Both the position numbers and the translations under genes were made by a program. Positions 14,574-22,250 of a stretch of DNA of 24,000 nucleotides are shown here, in pieces. The notes beneath the pieces are model-generated. The model was not told where the DNA came from. It saw nothing but the letters and a program-made list of their open reading frames with translations, and made no database searches. Source of the stretch: Acidimicrobiales bacterium (GTDB lineage Bacteria; Actinomycetota; Acidimicrobiia; Acidimicrobiales; Ilumatobacteraceae); assembly GCA_038213195.1 (NCBI GenBank), contig JBBQTN010000044.1, forward strand, positions 4,767 to 28,766. Direction: 5' to 3'. Numbering within the stretch: the stretch's first letter is position 1; the number at the start of each line of letters is the position of its first letter.

Positions 14574-16379
14574 GTGAGCGACGACAGCACTCGACCCCAG
14601 TTCCAACCGCCCGTGTTCCAGCCGCCGCCGATGCCGCAGTCCGGCGGCCCGGCGTTCGGGGTGCCGCCGTCGGAGCCGACCCAGGTCATGGTCGCCAGCT
14701 CGTCCGGCGGACGCAAGCGATCGAAGGGCAAGGTCATCGGCGCAGCCGTCGCCGCGTTGGCGATCATCGCCGCGGGAGTGTTCGCCGTCACCAAGATCTC
14801 GAACAACTCCACGAAGGGCGGCGCGGCGAGCGCGACGGACGCGGGCGAGCAGTTCACGAAGGCGCTCAATGACGAGGACGTCCTCGGCGTGGTCGACCTA
14901 CTGCTCCCCGGCGAGCGCGAGACGTTCCGTCAGCCGCTGCTCGACATGGTCTCCAACCTCAAGCGGATCAACGTCCTCGACAACTCCGCCGACCCGAAGA
15001 AGGTCGGCGGTCTCGACATCAACCTCGCCGACGTGAAGGTCGTCGCGGACCAGCCGGTCGCCCCGGACATCGACACCGTCCGGATCACGGCCAGGAACGA
15101 GTCCTCGTTCAACGGGGCGCAGTTGCCGATCGGCAGCCTGCTCGTACAGGAGGCCTTCGGCGGCAGCAAGCCGGATCAGACGGCGAAGGCGGGCGGCGAC
15201 GCGGTCGACTGGAAGGTCACGACCGTCGAGAAGTCCGGCCGGTGGTACGTCAGCCTGTTCTACAGCATCGCCGAATCGGTCCGGTTGTCCTCTGCCGCTT
15301 CCGACCCGGTGCCATCCACCCCCGTGCCTCTCGTCGGGACCGACAAGCCGGAGGACGCGGTCGATCAGATGGCCAAGGCGGCGATCGCCCTCGACGTCGA
15401 GAAGATCATCGGCGGTCTCAACCCGAACGAGTTCGAGGCGTTCCAGCGCTACGCGCCGATCTTCCTCGATCGCGCCGTGAACCGGGCCGACAAGCTCGGC
15501 CTGAAGGCCGTGCTGACGGACGCGAAGTACGGCGTAACCGGCTCCGGTACGCACCGCTCGGTGAGCATCCAGGCCTTCACCATGCAGGTCACCGGGAGCG
15601 GCGACAACCAGCAGGCGAAGATCGTGCTCGCCAACGGCTGCCTCACCGTCGACAGCGCAGACAAGCACTTCGACAGCTGCACCGCCACCGCTGACATCGA
15701 CAAGAGCCTGACCCAGCTCGGTGTCTCCGACAACCCCGACCTGAAGGCGTTCATCACCTCGATCACCGACGCGTTCTCGGATTTCAAGTCGACCGGGATC
15801 GCCGTCGACCAGGTCGACGGGAAGTGGTACGTCAGCCCGATCGGCACGACCACGGACTTCCTCAACGCCGTGCTGTCGTCGCTCGACAAGAACGAGATCA
15901 CCGACATCATCGACAAAGGCAAGGCGCTCGCCGGCGACGTCGGCAACGGCACGGTGACCCTGCCGGGGCTCGGCCAGACCTCGTGCAGCGCCACGAACGA
16001 CACGACCGGCACGAGCGTCAAGTGCACGACGTCGACCGGCTCGACGACGGGGGACACGACTGCGACCGGGGACACCGCCGTTCCCGACACCGTGCCGACG
16101 GTCGACACCGACAGCAGCCCCACGGTCACGATCGGCACCGGCCCGCGGATCCCGCCGGACGGCTTCAGGTCCGACACCGAGAAGTTCATCGAGGGAGCCA
16201 TCGTCTCCGAGCAGGTCGGCACGCAGTTCTCGAATGCCGCATGTGAGACACCGTCGAGCACAGCGGTCGGTACGACGTACACATGCACTGCCGACGACCC
16301 CGACGGCAACACGTACACCTTCTCGGTGCGCATCGACTCGCCGAAGACCTTCATCATCGACAAGGTCGTGCCCGCCTGA
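14574..16379 (+). CDS. Single-pass membrane-anchored extracytoplasmic protein of unknown function, with a Pro-rich cytoplasmic N-terminus, two related modules, a Thr/Ser-rich linker and a small Cys-pair C-terminal domain
   Basis: The GTG at 14574 has GGAGGG 9 nt upstream. The TM segment is VIGAAVAALAIIAAGVFAV (nt about 14733-14792), preceded by RKRSKGK. GC3 is high throughout. There are three Cys pairs: C356/C369, C471/C484 and C557/C571. I recognise no enzymatic motif. Confidence 0.8.
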   Translation: MSDDSTRPQFQPPVFQPPPMPQSGGPAFGVPPSEPTQVMVASSSGGRKRSKGKVIGAAVAALAIIAAGVFAVTKISNNSTKGGAASATDAGEQFTKALNDEDVLGVVDLLLPGERETFRQPLLDMVSNLKRINVLDNSADPKKVGGLDINLADVKVVADQPVAPDIDTVRITARNESSFNGAQLPIGSLLVQEAFGGSKPDQTAKAGGDAVDWKVTTVEKSGRWYVSLFYSIAESVRLSSAASDPVPSTPVPLVGTDKPEDAVDQMAKAAIALDVEKIIGGLNPNEFEAFQRYAPIFLDRAVNRADKLGLKAVLTDAKYGVTGSGTHRSVSIQAFTMQVTGSGDNQQAKIVLANGCLTVDSADKHFDSCTATADIDKSLTQLGVSDNPDLKAFITSITDAFSDFKSTGIAVDQVDGKWYVSPIGTTTDFLNAVLSSLDKNEITDIIDKGKALAGDVGNGTVTLPGLGQTSCSATNDTTGTSVKCTTSTGSTTGDTTATGDTAVPDTVPTVDTDSSPTVTIGTGPRIPPDGFRSDTEKFIEGAIVSEQVGTQFSNAACETPSSTAVGTTYTCTADDPDGNTYTFSVRIDSPKTFIIDKVVPA

Positions 16380-16382
16380 GAA

Positions 16383-16401
16383 TGAGCCCGCCGGCGGCTC
16401 A
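16383..16401. terminator. GC-rich hairpin between convergent genes
   Basis: TGAGCC-cgccggc-GGCTCA lies between the stop at 16377-16379 (+) and the stop at 16413-16415 (-). There is no U-tract. Confidence 0.3.
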
Positions 16402-16412
16402 CGGCCGGTCGC

Positions 16413-18263
16413 TCAGTCGACGTGGATCGGGACGCTGACGACGACCGTGTGCGGGCGGTACAGCAGCCGTGCCTTGAGCGCCAGCGCTGACTGGTTGTGC
16501 AGCCACTGGCTGCTGAACTTCGTCACGAACTCGGGGATCACCACGGTGATGATGTCGTCGTCGCGTTCGGCGTCGATCTCGTCGATGTAGTCGAGGATCG
16601 GCCGGGTCAGCTCCCGGTATGGCGACGAGATGGTGTGCAGCTCGATGCCGACCTTGAACTCGTCCCACTGCGCGCGCAACGCGTGCTCCTCCTCGGCGTC
16701 CTGCACGATCGACAGCCCGATGATCCGGTCCGGGGCGAGGCTGCGCGCGTACTGGATGGCGTCGAGCGTGCCCCTGTTGAGGCTGCCGACGAGCACGACC
16801 ACGTAGTGCGTGTGCCGCCTGGCGCGGTACCCGACGGGTGCGCGGACGGCCTCGGTGACCCGGTGGTAGTGCTTGCCGATCGCGTAGAACCCGAGCACCA
16901 TGATCGGGATCAGCGCCGCGGGGATCCAGGCGCCTTCTGTGAACTTCGAGACGACGACGATCAGCGCGATGATGCAGGTGGTGACCGCACCGATGGCGTT
17001 GATCGCCATCCCGACCTTCCAGTTCGGCTCGCGCAGGCGCAGGTGGTGCTTGACCATCCCCGCCTGGCTGAGCGTGAACCCGGTGAACACCCCGAACGCG
17101 TAGAGCGGGATCAGCTTGGAGATGTCGCCCTTGAAGACGATGATCAGGACGCTGGCGACGACCGCCAGGAACACGACGCCGTTGGAGAACACCAGGCGGT
17201 CGCCACGGTTGGCGAACTGGCGCGGCAGGAACCGGTCCTTGGCGATGATCGACGAAAGGCGCGGGAAGTCGGCGTACGCGGTGTTCGCAGCGAGGATCAG
17301 GATCGCGAACGTCGAGATCTGCATGATCCAGAACAGCACGCCCTTGCCGTTGTAGATCTGCGCGGCCATCAGCGCGATGCCGGTCGGGTCGCGATCGCCG
17401 CGTATCGGCTTGAGCTTGGCGGCCAGCACGGAGATGCCGAGGAAGCACGAGCCGAGGATCACCCCCATCCACAGCAGCGTCGTGGCCGCGTTGTGCGACT
17501 CCGGCTTCTCGAACGCCGGCACGCCGTTGGAGACCGCCTCGACGCCCGACAGCGCGACCGCACCCGACGAGAACGCGCGCAGCAGCAGCAGCAGGGTCAG
17601 CGGCTTCGCGCTCTTGGACAGCGCAACGGCGTCAGCGCTGACCTTGGCCGGATCGATCGGGCTGATGTTCTTCAGCACGAACACGCGGAGCAGCCCGACG
17701 ACGATCAACAGCAGCAGCGAGAACACGTAGATGTAGGTCGGTGGCGCGAACAGGGCGCCGGACTCCTTCAACCCGCGCAGGTTGGCGATCGTCATCCCCA
17801 GCACGCACAGCAGGCAGATCGGGACCGTCCACTTCGAGTCGAAGCCGACCGCCGACCGGATCGCGAGCACGCCGCCCGCCACGCTCACCGACACCGTGAG
17901 GATGTAGTCGACGAGCAGCGAGGAACCGGCGACGAGCGACGGCACCGTGCCGAGGTTCTCCTTGCTGACGATGTAGCTGCCGCCGCCGCTCGGATAGGCG
18001 AAGATCGTCTGGCGGTAGCTGGTGACGACGATCACCAGCAGCACCGCGACGATGATCGCGATCGGGATCAGCTTGGTGAACGCGGCGTACCCGATCGCGG
18101 CCTGGCCGAGCAGCACCACCAGGATCTCGTCGGTCGCGTACGCGGTCGACGAGATCGCATCGCTCGAGAAGACAGGCAGCGCGACCTTCTTCGAGATCCG
18201 CTGATGGCTCTCCTCGGACGTCGCGATGGGCTTGCCGATGAGGAGCCGCTTGACGACAGACAT
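16413..18263 (-). CDS. kimA: APC-superfamily permease with a C-terminal cytoplasmic domain, KimA-type K+/H+ symporter-like (M. tuberculosis Rv2690c-like)
   Basis: MSVVKRLLIGKPIATSEE...LPVFSSDAISSTAYATDEIL...SYRQTIFAYPSGGGSYIVSKENLG...LLVDYILTVSVSVAGG closely resembles B. subtilis KimA (YdaO) as I recall it. There are about 12 TM segments followed by a soluble tail of about 170 aa (...VVLVGSLNRGTLDAIQYARSL...VVIPEFV...WLHNQSALALKARL). Synteny with the ceoB/ceoC-like genes matches Rv2690c-ceoB-ceoC. I prefer the ATG at 18263 to the GTG at 18275. Confidence 0.85.
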   Translation of the reverse strand: MSVVKRLLIGKPIATSEESHQRISKKVALPVFSSDAISSTAYATDEILVVLLGQAAIGYAAFTKLIPIAIIVAVLLVIVVTSYRQTIFAYPSGGGSYIVSKENLGTVPSLVAGSSLLVDYILTVSVSVAGGVLAIRSAVGFDSKWTVPICLLCVLGMTIANLRGLKESGALFAPPTYIYVFSLLLLIVVGLLRVFVLKNISPIDPAKVSADAVALSKSAKPLTLLLLLRAFSSGAVALSGVEAVSNGVPAFEKPESHNAATTLLWMGVILGSCFLGISVLAAKLKPIRGDRDPTGIALMAAQIYNGKGVLFWIMQISTFAILILAANTAYADFPRLSSIIAKDRFLPRQFANRGDRLVFSNGVVFLAVVASVLIIVFKGDISKLIPLYAFGVFTGFTLSQAGMVKHHLRLREPNWKVGMAINAIGAVTTCIIALIVVVSKFTEGAWIPAALIPIMVLGFYAIGKHYHRVTEAVRAPVGYRARRHTHYVVVLVGSLNRGTLDAIQYARSLAPDRIIGLSIVQDAEEEHALRAQWDEFKVGIELHTISSPYRELTRPILDYIDEIDAERDDDIITVVIPEFVTKFSSQWLHNQSALALKARLLYRPHTVVVSVPIHVD

Positions 18264-18411
18264 ACGCGGCCGCACTCTAGTGACGTGCTCACGGCGCCCC
18301 CGAAACCCTCTCCCCTCCGAATCGCGTCAAGATTTCGTTAGGGACGGGGGACGCGAGCATTCTGTTCGATCAGACTCAGACGCCCAACAACAGCCGACCG
18401 GAGGAGACCTT

Positions 18412-19077
18412 GTGCACGTGGTGATCGTCGGATGCGGACGTGTCGGCTCGTCGCTCGCGCGCGAGCTCAACGCAGCGGGCCACAGCGTCGCCATCATCGA
18501 TCGGCGGCCTGCCGCGTTCGAGCGGCTCGGCGCCAACTTCGGCGGGGCGATGGTGCCGGGCATCGGCTTCGACCGCGACCGGCTGATCGAGGCCGGCATC
18601 GAGAAGGCGGAGGCGGTGGCCGCGGTCACCAACGGCGACAACTCGAACATCCTCGTCGCTCGCGTGGCCCGCGAGACGTTCGGGATCGAGCGGGTGGTGG
18701 CACGGATCTACGACCCGCGCCGCGCGGCGATCTACCAGCGCCTCGGGATCTCGACGGTCGCAACTGCGCTGTGGACCACCGAGCGCATCCTGCGGCGGAT
18801 GCTGCCCGAGTCGTCGGCGGTGGAGTGGGTGGATCCGAGCGCCAAGGTGTCGATCGTCGAGCGCACGCTCGGCACTCCCTGGGCCGGCCATCGCCTGCTC
18901 GACGTCGAGCGGACCGGTGTGCGCGCCGTCGCGCTGAGCCGGCTCGGATCAGGGATGCTCGCCACCGCAGATCTCGTGATCCAGGAGGGCGACATCCTCT
19001 ACCTCGCGGTGTCGTCCGACGCCCTCGAACATCTCGACGAGCTGGTCGTCGGGCCGGCCCGAGCAGGGAGCCACTGA
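18412..19077 (+). CDS. trkA: TrkA-family RCK protein (TrkA-N NAD-binding plus TrkA-C), CeoB-like
   Basis: VHVVIVGCGRVGSSLARELNAAGHSVAIIDRR has a GxGxxG motif, followed by a C-terminal RCK_C-like region (AGHRLLDVE...IQEGDILYLAVS). The GTG at 18412 has GGAGGAG at 18400-18406. It lies inside track ORF 18226..19077. Confidence 0.9.
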   Translation: MHVVIVGCGRVGSSLARELNAAGHSVAIIDRRPAAFERLGANFGGAMVPGIGFDRDRLIEAGIEKAEAVAAVTNGDNSNILVARVARETFGIERVVARIYDPRRAAIYQRLGISTVATALWTTERILRRMLPESSAVEWVDPSAKVSIVERTLGTPWAGHRLLDVERTGVRAVALSRLGSGMLATADLVIQEGDILYLAVSSDALEHLDELVVGPARAGSH

Positions 19078-19748
19078 TGAAGATCGTGATCGCAGGCGGC
19101 GGCAGCGTCGGCAGGTTCATCGGCGAGCAACTCGTCGGCAACGGTCACGACGTGCTGATCGTCGACAGCGACCCGGACGTGGTCAACCAGAACAAGCAGA
19201 TGGACAGGAACTCGGCGGTCCGCTGGCTGCGCGGCGACGGGTGCGACGTCGAGGTCCTCAAGGCCGCCGGCATGGAGCAGGCCGACGTGATCGCCGCCGT
19301 CACCGGCGACGACGAGGACAACCTGGTGATCTCCCTGCTGGCCAAGCAGGAGTTCGCCGTGCCGCGCGTCGTGGCGCGGGTCAACAACCCGAAGAACGAG
19401 TGGATGTTCAACGAGATGTGGGGCGTCGACGTCTCCGTCAGCACCCCGCACCTGATCACCGGCCTCGTCCAGGAGGCTGTCAGCGTCGGTTCGTTCGTGC
19501 GGTTGATGTCGTTCGAGGGCGGGCGCGCCCGTCTTGCCGAGGTGACGCTCGCGGCCAACTCGCCGGCCGCCGACCGCGAGGTGGTCGAGCTCGGCTTCCC
19601 CCGCGACGCGACCGTCGTCGCCGTGCTGCGCGAGGACAAGGTGGTCGTGCCCCACGGCGACACGATCTTGCGCGTCGGCGACGAGGTGATGGTGCTGATC
19701 ACCGACGAGAGCGAGGCGGCGGTGCGCCAGCTGCTCGTCGGCGAATGA
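19077..19748 (+). CDS. trkA: Second TrkA-family RCK protein, CeoC-like
   Basis: MKIVIAGGGSVGRFIGEQLVGNGHDVLIVDSD has a GxGxxG motif, followed by RCK_C (REVVELGFPRDATVVAVLREDKVVVPHGDTILRVGDEVMVL). The ATG at 19077 shares its A with the upstream TGA (TGATGA), which suggests translational coupling. Confidence 0.9.
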   Translation: MKIVIAGGGSVGRFIGEQLVGNGHDVLIVDSDPDVVNQNKQMDRNSAVRWLRGDGCDVEVLKAAGMEQADVIAAVTGDDEDNLVISLLAKQEFAVPRVVARVNNPKNEWMFNEMWGVDVSVSTPHLITGLVQEAVSVGSFVRLMSFEGGRARLAEVTLAANSPAADREVVELGFPRDATVVAVLREDKVVVPHGDTILRVGDEVMVLITDESEAAVRQLLVGE

Positions 19749-19775
19749 CAGCTCGGTCTGTCGCGGCCTCGACGG

Positions 19776-20135
19776 CTACGCGTGGGGGAGCAGCGTGTAG
19801 GCGGGGTTGAGCAGCACCCTGCGTCCCCGCTCGAGGTGGGCGACGCCTTCGAGGACGATCGCCCTGTTGTGCTCGACCCCGCCGAGCTGCCGCCGCCCCG
19901 TGAAGACGGCGGTGGCAGAGCCCGTGCCGTCGCTCACCGTGATCTCGAACGCAGGGACGCCGGAGCGGGCGGCGACGCGCATCCGGGTGATCTCTCCGCC
20001 GACGCGCACCGGGGTGCGACAGGTCATGTCGCACAGCGCCGTGACGTCGAGGCCGTGGAACCGCTCCTGCAGGCGCTGGTCGTCGAGCTCGCGCACGGAG
20101 GTCCTCAACCGCCGGCCGAGATCACGGAGTCCCAC
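19776..20135 (-). CDS. Small OB-fold domain protein (M. tuberculosis Rv2694c-like)
   Basis: These are the last 119 codons of track ORF 19776..20672: VGLRDLGRRLRTSVRELDDQRLQERFHGLDVTALCDMTCRTPVRVGGEITRMRV...FEITVSDGTGSATAVFTGRRQLGGVEHNRAIVLEGVAH...RVLLNPAYTLL. The GTG at 20135 is the only in-frame start before the frame turns into Arg-rich junk overlapping the opposite-strand gene. Size and position next to ceoC fit Rv2694c. The family assignment is from memory. Confidence 0.6.
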   Translation of the reverse strand: MGLRDLGRRLRTSVRELDDQRLQERFHGLDVTALCDMTCRTPVRVGGEITRMRVAARSGVPAFEITVSDGTGSATAVFTGRRQLGGVEHNRAIVLEGVAHLERGRRVLLNPAYTLLPHA

Positions 20136-20183
20136 ATCGCCATCGTACCCATCGGTTGCGCGGCACCCGTAGGTTGATCCGCC

Positions 20184-20618
20184 GTGAAGACGAGGACGCT
20201 GCTCGTGCTCGCCGTGACGTGCGGGTTGGTGATCCTCGTCGCGGGCACGATCCAGCTGCTGCGCGTCGCCGACCAGACGACCGGTTCGCCGCCGGTGGCC
20301 GCGGGCGCGACCGCGAAGGCGGGTGACGCATCGGTGACGTTGCTCGGCGTCCAGTTCGACACCGCGACGCTGACCGCCATGGTGCGCATCGGCGGCGTCG
20401 ACGATCCACAGGGGATCAACGGGTTCACGATGGTCTCGGCCGGCTCGTCGCGCAAGGTGTCGGGAGGGACGTGCCAGGCGCTGACCGTCGCTGCGCAGCA
20501 GTGCACGCTGGTGTTCGCCAACTCCGGTCTGAAGGGCACCCCGCGGCAGCTGTTGTTCGGTCGTGCCGGTGTGCAGCTGCGGTGGGTCCTCGTCGGAATC
20601 GACGGCGCTCCGGCCTGA
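20184..20618 (+). CDS. Small exported or membrane-anchored hypothetical protein (144 aa)
   Basis: The GTG start gives MKTRTLLVLAVTCGLVILVAGTI, a signal peptide or anchor. By my codon count, 12 of about 145 third positions are A/T (GC3 about 92%). Two Cys residues lie in the mature part. The overlapping minus-strand ORF is Arg-rich junk. Confidence 0.65.
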   Translation: MKTRTLLVLAVTCGLVILVAGTIQLLRVADQTTGSPPVAAGATAKAGDASVTLLGVQFDTATLTAMVRIGGVDDPQGINGFTMVSAGSSRKVSGGTCQALTVAAQQCTLVFANSGLKGTPRQLLFGRAGVQLRWVLVGIDGAPA

Positions 20619-20626
20619 GCGGCCGG

Positions 20627-20644
20627 GTCGTCGTCGCCGACGAC
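20627..20644. terminator. Hairpin just downstream of the 144-aa gene
   Basis: GTCGTCG-tcgc-CGACGAC starts 9 nt after the stop at 20616-20618. There is no U-tract. Confidence 0.3.
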
Positions 20645-20776
20645 GCATCGCTCGACCGGGCGGTCCGCGCACAGCCGGGCAGCGCCGCCACCACCCGGCA
20701 ACAGCGGCCAGGATGTGCCCGACCGCTACCGTGATCGGGGCACGGGCCCGACCGGGGCCCCGGAACTGGAGCTGAC

Positions 20777-22210
20777 ATGTCCGACGCCCAGGACACCAGG
20801 ACGCACTTCGATCTCGTCGTCATCGGCGGCGGCCCCGGCGGCTACGCCACCGCGCTGTACGCCACCTCCGCAGGCATCGACGTGGCGATCGTCGAGAAGG
20901 ACGTGATGGGGGGCACCTGCCTCAACCGCGGCTGCATCCCCGCCAAGGCGTTCCTGGAGACGGCCGCGATCTACCGCGAGGTCGCCCACGCGAACGAGTT
21001 CGGGATCGAGACGAGCGGGCCCGTGGTCAACTTCGCGGTCGCCCAGGCGCGCAAGCAGAAGCTCGTCACGGGGATCTTCAAGAGCATCGTCGGGTTCAAG
21101 AACTCGAAGAAGATCACGATCCTCGACGGCGTCGGCGCGCTCGGCGCGGACCACACCGTCACCGTCGCCCACCGCGACGGCTCGACGTCCACGATCACCG
21201 GCGACAAGGTGGTGCTCGCCGCCGGCTCCGTGCCGCGCACGATCCCCGGCTTCGACGCCGGCGGGGCGATCATGACCAGCGACGAGGTGCTGATGCTCGA
21301 CGTCCTGCCGAGCCGGGTGATCGTCGTCGGCGGCGGCGCGATCGGCTGCGAGTTCGCCAGCACCTTCGCCGATCTCGGCTCGCAGGTGACGATCCTCGAG
21401 GGCCTCCCGAAGATCCTCCCCGGCCTCGACACCGACGTCGCCAACGTCGTCGTGCGCAGCTTCAAGAAGAAGAAGATCGACATCCGCACCGGTGTGCGCG
21501 TCAACGGCCACACGCCCAACGACGCCGGCGGGACGACGGTGCACTTCACGCCGTCGGGCTCCGATGCCGAGGAGCACCTCGAGGTGGACGCGGTCGTTGT
21601 CAGCGTCGGGCGCAGGCCCTACGCCGACCAGCTCGGCCTCGACGCCACGTCGGTGAAGGTCGACAGCCGCGGCTTCGTCGACGTCGACGAGTTCTGCCGC
21701 ACCGCAGAACCCGGCGTCTACGCAGTCGGCGACCTGATCAACACCCCGCAGCTCGCCCACGTCGGCTACGCCGAGGCGATCCTCGTCACCAAGGACATCC
21801 TCGGCGAGCACCCGTTCCCTGTGGCCTACGACAGGGTGCCGTGGGCGATCTACTGCGACCCGGAGGTCGCCTTCGTCGGCCCGAGCGAGCAGGCCGCTCG
21901 CGAGGCCGGCATCGACGTCGTCGTCGCCAAGCACCAGTTCCGCGCCAACAGCCGCGCCCAGATCCTCGGCCAGCTCGACGGTCTGGTGAAGATCATCGCC
22001 AAGAAGCAGGCCGACGGCACCGCGGGGCAGATCCTCGGCGTGCACATGGTCGGCCCGTGGGTCACCGAGCAGCTCAGTGGCGGCTACCTGGCCGTCAACT
22101 GGGAGGCAACGGTCGAAGAGACGGCTGCGTTCATCCAGCCCCACCCGAGCCTCACCGAGCTGTTCGGCGAGACCGTATTGTCATTGACCGGCCGCAGCCT
22201 CAACGTCTGA
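20777..22210 (+). CDS. lpd: Dihydrolipoyl dehydrogenase (E3)
   Basis: FDLVVIGGGPGGY is the FAD-binding motif. GGTCLNRGCIPAKA is the redox-active disulfide. VIVVGGGAIGCEFA is the NAD-binding motif. The C-terminal interface has PHPSLTE. GGAG lies 5 nt upstream of the ATG. Confidence 0.95.
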   Translation: MSDAQDTRTHFDLVVIGGGPGGYATALYATSAGIDVAIVEKDVMGGTCLNRGCIPAKAFLETAAIYREVAHANEFGIETSGPVVNFAVAQARKQKLVTGIFKSIVGFKNSKKITILDGVGALGADHTVTVAHRDGSTSTITGDKVVLAAGSVPRTIPGFDAGGAIMTSDEVLMLDVLPSRVIVVGGGAIGCEFASTFADLGSQVTILEGLPKILPGLDTDVANVVVRSFKKKKIDIRTGVRVNGHTPNDAGGTTVHFTPSGSDAEEHLEVDAVVVSVGRRPYADQLGLDATSVKVDSRGFVDVDEFCRTAEPGVYAVGDLINTPQLAHVGYAEAILVTKDILGEHPFPVAYDRVPWAIYCDPEVAFVGPSEQAAREAGIDVVVAKHQFRANSRAQILGQLDGLVKIIAKKQADGTAGQILGVHMVGPWVTEQLSGGYLAVNWEATVEETAAFIQPHPSLTELFGETVLSLTGRSLNV

Positions 22211-22250
22211 GCCGCCGCTCGCCGACAGATCGCGAAGGAGCACACCCATC

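Noticed and set aside
18276-18411. Possible c-di-AMP (ydaO-class) riboswitch in the kimA/trkA intergenic region. I noticed GAATCGCG and ACGGGGGAC on the plus strand.
   Set aside because: The region is only 136 bp and is shared by two divergent genes. I could not lay out the pseudo-two-fold ydaO architecture or its second conserved half. A covariance-model scan (Rfam RF00379) would settle it. I expect no hit.
20136-20672. Upstream 179 codons of ORF 19776..20672 (minus strand) and ORF 20105..20701 (minus strand)
   Set aside because: They are Arg-rich and overlap the high-GC3 plus-strand 144-aa gene. Only the last 119 codons resemble the Rv2694c-type OB-fold protein.
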